A stretch of DNA of 14,161 bases, from NCBI GenBank assembly GCA_030601665.1, contig JAUWBP010000014.1:1-14161 (forward strand), read 5' to 3'. Origin of the DNA: Hadesarchaea archaeon (GTDB taxonomy: Archaea > Hadarchaeota > Hadarchaeia > Hadarchaeales > Hadarchaeaceae). Made by a program: the position numbers and the translations under genes. How positions within the stretch are numbered: position 1 is the stretch's first letter; each line of letters starts with the position of its first letter. Under the pieces are notes generated by a model. It did not search any database, was not told the DNA's origin, and was given only the letters and a program-made list of their open reading frames with translations. Shown in pieces: positions 12,908 to 14,161 of the stretch.

Positions 12908-14161
12908 CTACGACTCCAACACCTTCACCACATTCATATTAGAGTCGTGCACAGTCGCCTTCAGAAGAATGTGGCCGGGTATGGAGTGAGTACCACACGC
13001 GTGACATGGATCATAGGCCCTGAAAGCCATTTCTATCATATTTAGCAGACCATCGTTTACTTTACCTCCCTTTATCAGCGAGGTAGCGGCTTTCTCAACG
13101 GAAAGCGCAATTCTTGCCGCGTTGTTCTGGGTTGCAACTATTAGGTTTACTTTCCTCAGCAATCCCTTGTCGTCGGTCTCGTAGTGATGGATTAGCGTGC
13201 CGCGTGGCGCCTCGACGACTCCAATTCCCACGGACGGTTTTTCACTCGGTATGATTCTCAGGTCGGCAGATGTGATTTCTGGATCGTTGACCAGCTCCCG
13301 CATCCGCTCCGCAGCGTAGAGCATCTCAACCCCTCGAGCCCAGTGATTCGCCAAAGTGAAGTGCACCGGTGTTCCCCCTAAGGTCTCCCTGTACTCCTTC
13401 AGCGCAGCATCGGCCAAGGGGGTGGAAATGGCATCGCTGACATTTAAACGGGCCAATGGCGCGACGCAATATACTCCGCTGTTTTTCCCGTCCACAAATC
13501 CTTTCCAACCCACACGCTTCAAGTAGCAGAATTTCATGTAACTCCATGGCTCCACGTGCTCTGATATTTCTTCGATGTACTTGTGAACGTCGAACTTCGT
13601 CACTTCCTTCCCTTCGGGGTCGACGACTCTGATGCGCCCATCATAGAAATTCAGCCTATTGTGTTCGTCCACTAACCCCATGTAGTAGGTCCTGTGCGTA
13701 TAAGCGTCGGATTTCACGAGATCCAAGAGTTTTTTGTCTTTCAGGATAATCGATTTGACGGTGTCGATGGTGAACGTGGCAAATGAAACAGCTTCTTCAG
13801 CGGCCTCTTTGAACTTCGGCAGATCCTCTTGCTTGATGCCTTTAGCTACACCGCCCGGAAGTCCCAATACGGGGTGTATCACTTTGCCCCCCAAGTATGT
13901 CATGAGTTCCCTCAGTTTTTTCCTAGTCATAATCACTCTTTTTCCGACATCCAACCCGAGTTTCTGGATCACCCCCACCACGTTTCGAACTTCCTTGGGA
14001 GCCGTGGGCCCAACTATCAGATCAGGGCCGCCGAGGATGTAGACATGCAACGCGTGGTCCTCGACCATGAAAATGCTGTTCATGAGTTCCCGAATCTTTC
14101 TTGCAGGGCTTGGAGGAGTCACCTTATAGAGATCGTCTAGGGCCTTGGTCGATGCCATGTG
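12908..14161 (-). CDS. [NiFe]-hydrogenase large (catalytic) subunit, probably a cytosolic group-3-type enzyme. The 5' end lies beyond the right edge of the window.
   Basis: The C-terminal Ni-binding motif DPCHACGTH is followed by a ~25-aa extension, the substrate for the adjacent endopeptidase. The frame is open to position 14161, where the preceding codon encodes His, consistent with the end of the N-terminal RxCGxCxxxH motif. The M at 14158 is therefore internal. Confidence 0.85.
   Translation of the reverse strand, partial: HMASTKALDDLYKVTPPSPARKIRELMNSIFMVEDHALHVYILGGPDLIVGPTAPKEVRNVVGVIQKLGLDVGKRVIMTRKKLRELMTYLGGKVIHPVLGLPGGVAKGIKQEDLPKFKEAAEEAVSFATFTIDTVKSIILKDKKLLDLVKSDAYTHRTYYMGLVDEHNRLNFYDGRIRVVDPEGKEVTKFDVHKYIEEISEHVEPWSYMKFCYLKRVGWKGFVDGKNSGVYCVAPLARLNVSDAISTPLADAALKEYRETLGGTPVHFTLANHWARGVEMLYAAERMRELVNDPEITSADLRIIPSEKPSVGIGVVEAPRGTLIHHYETDDKGLLRKVNLIVATQNNAARIALSVEKAATSLIKGGKVNDGLLNMIEMAFRAYDPCHACGTHSIPGHILLKATVHDSNMNVVKVLES

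Noticed and set aside
1-14161. Scan for CRISPR arrays, rRNA, tRNA, transposase or integrase genes and long terminal inverted repeats
   Set aside because: None were found by eye. The only tandem repeats are the in-frame TSP3 array and the 21-bp alba repeat.

Overview
This is a densely packed archaeal chromosomal segment. The markers are an archaeal-type AspRS, Alba, endonuclease Q, a geranylgeranyl lipid reductase with its ferredoxin, BRE/TATA-like promoters and oligo-T terminators. Left to right: a partial OB-fold SSB (-), a membrane-anchored protein with TSP3 repeats and a metzincin domain (+), and a translationally coupled EndoQ / 2[4Fe-4S] ferredoxin / GGR block (+; the ferredoxin is missing from the ORF track). 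Then follow aspS, a Zn-ribbon/KH protein and alba (all -). Next is a 2.2-kb three-gene cassette on the minus strand, set off by the AT-rich non-coding spacers at 6915..7164 and 9307..9448. It encodes an HTH-HNH-wHTH nuclease, an ExeA/TniB/Orc1-like AAA+ ATPase and a sigma-70-region-4-like HTH protein. The right end holds a split [NiFe]-hydrogenase maturation region: hypE, a degenerate hypA-like gene and hypC (-), a divergent PHP phosphoesterase (+), then hypA, a hycI-type protease and a 5'-truncated large subunit (-). The cassette is the best candidate for an undescribed system (defence or mobile-element module); I cannot assign it to any named system by eye. Secondary observations are two frame disruptions at the hypA-like/hypE junction (the hypE one at an A6 run), a 21-bp tandem repeat giving Alba an EEKPAVT N-terminal extension, and phased short repeats upstream of the cassette promoter. 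I saw no rRNA, tRNA or CRISPR array. All homology statements come from motif recognition by eye, not from searches.
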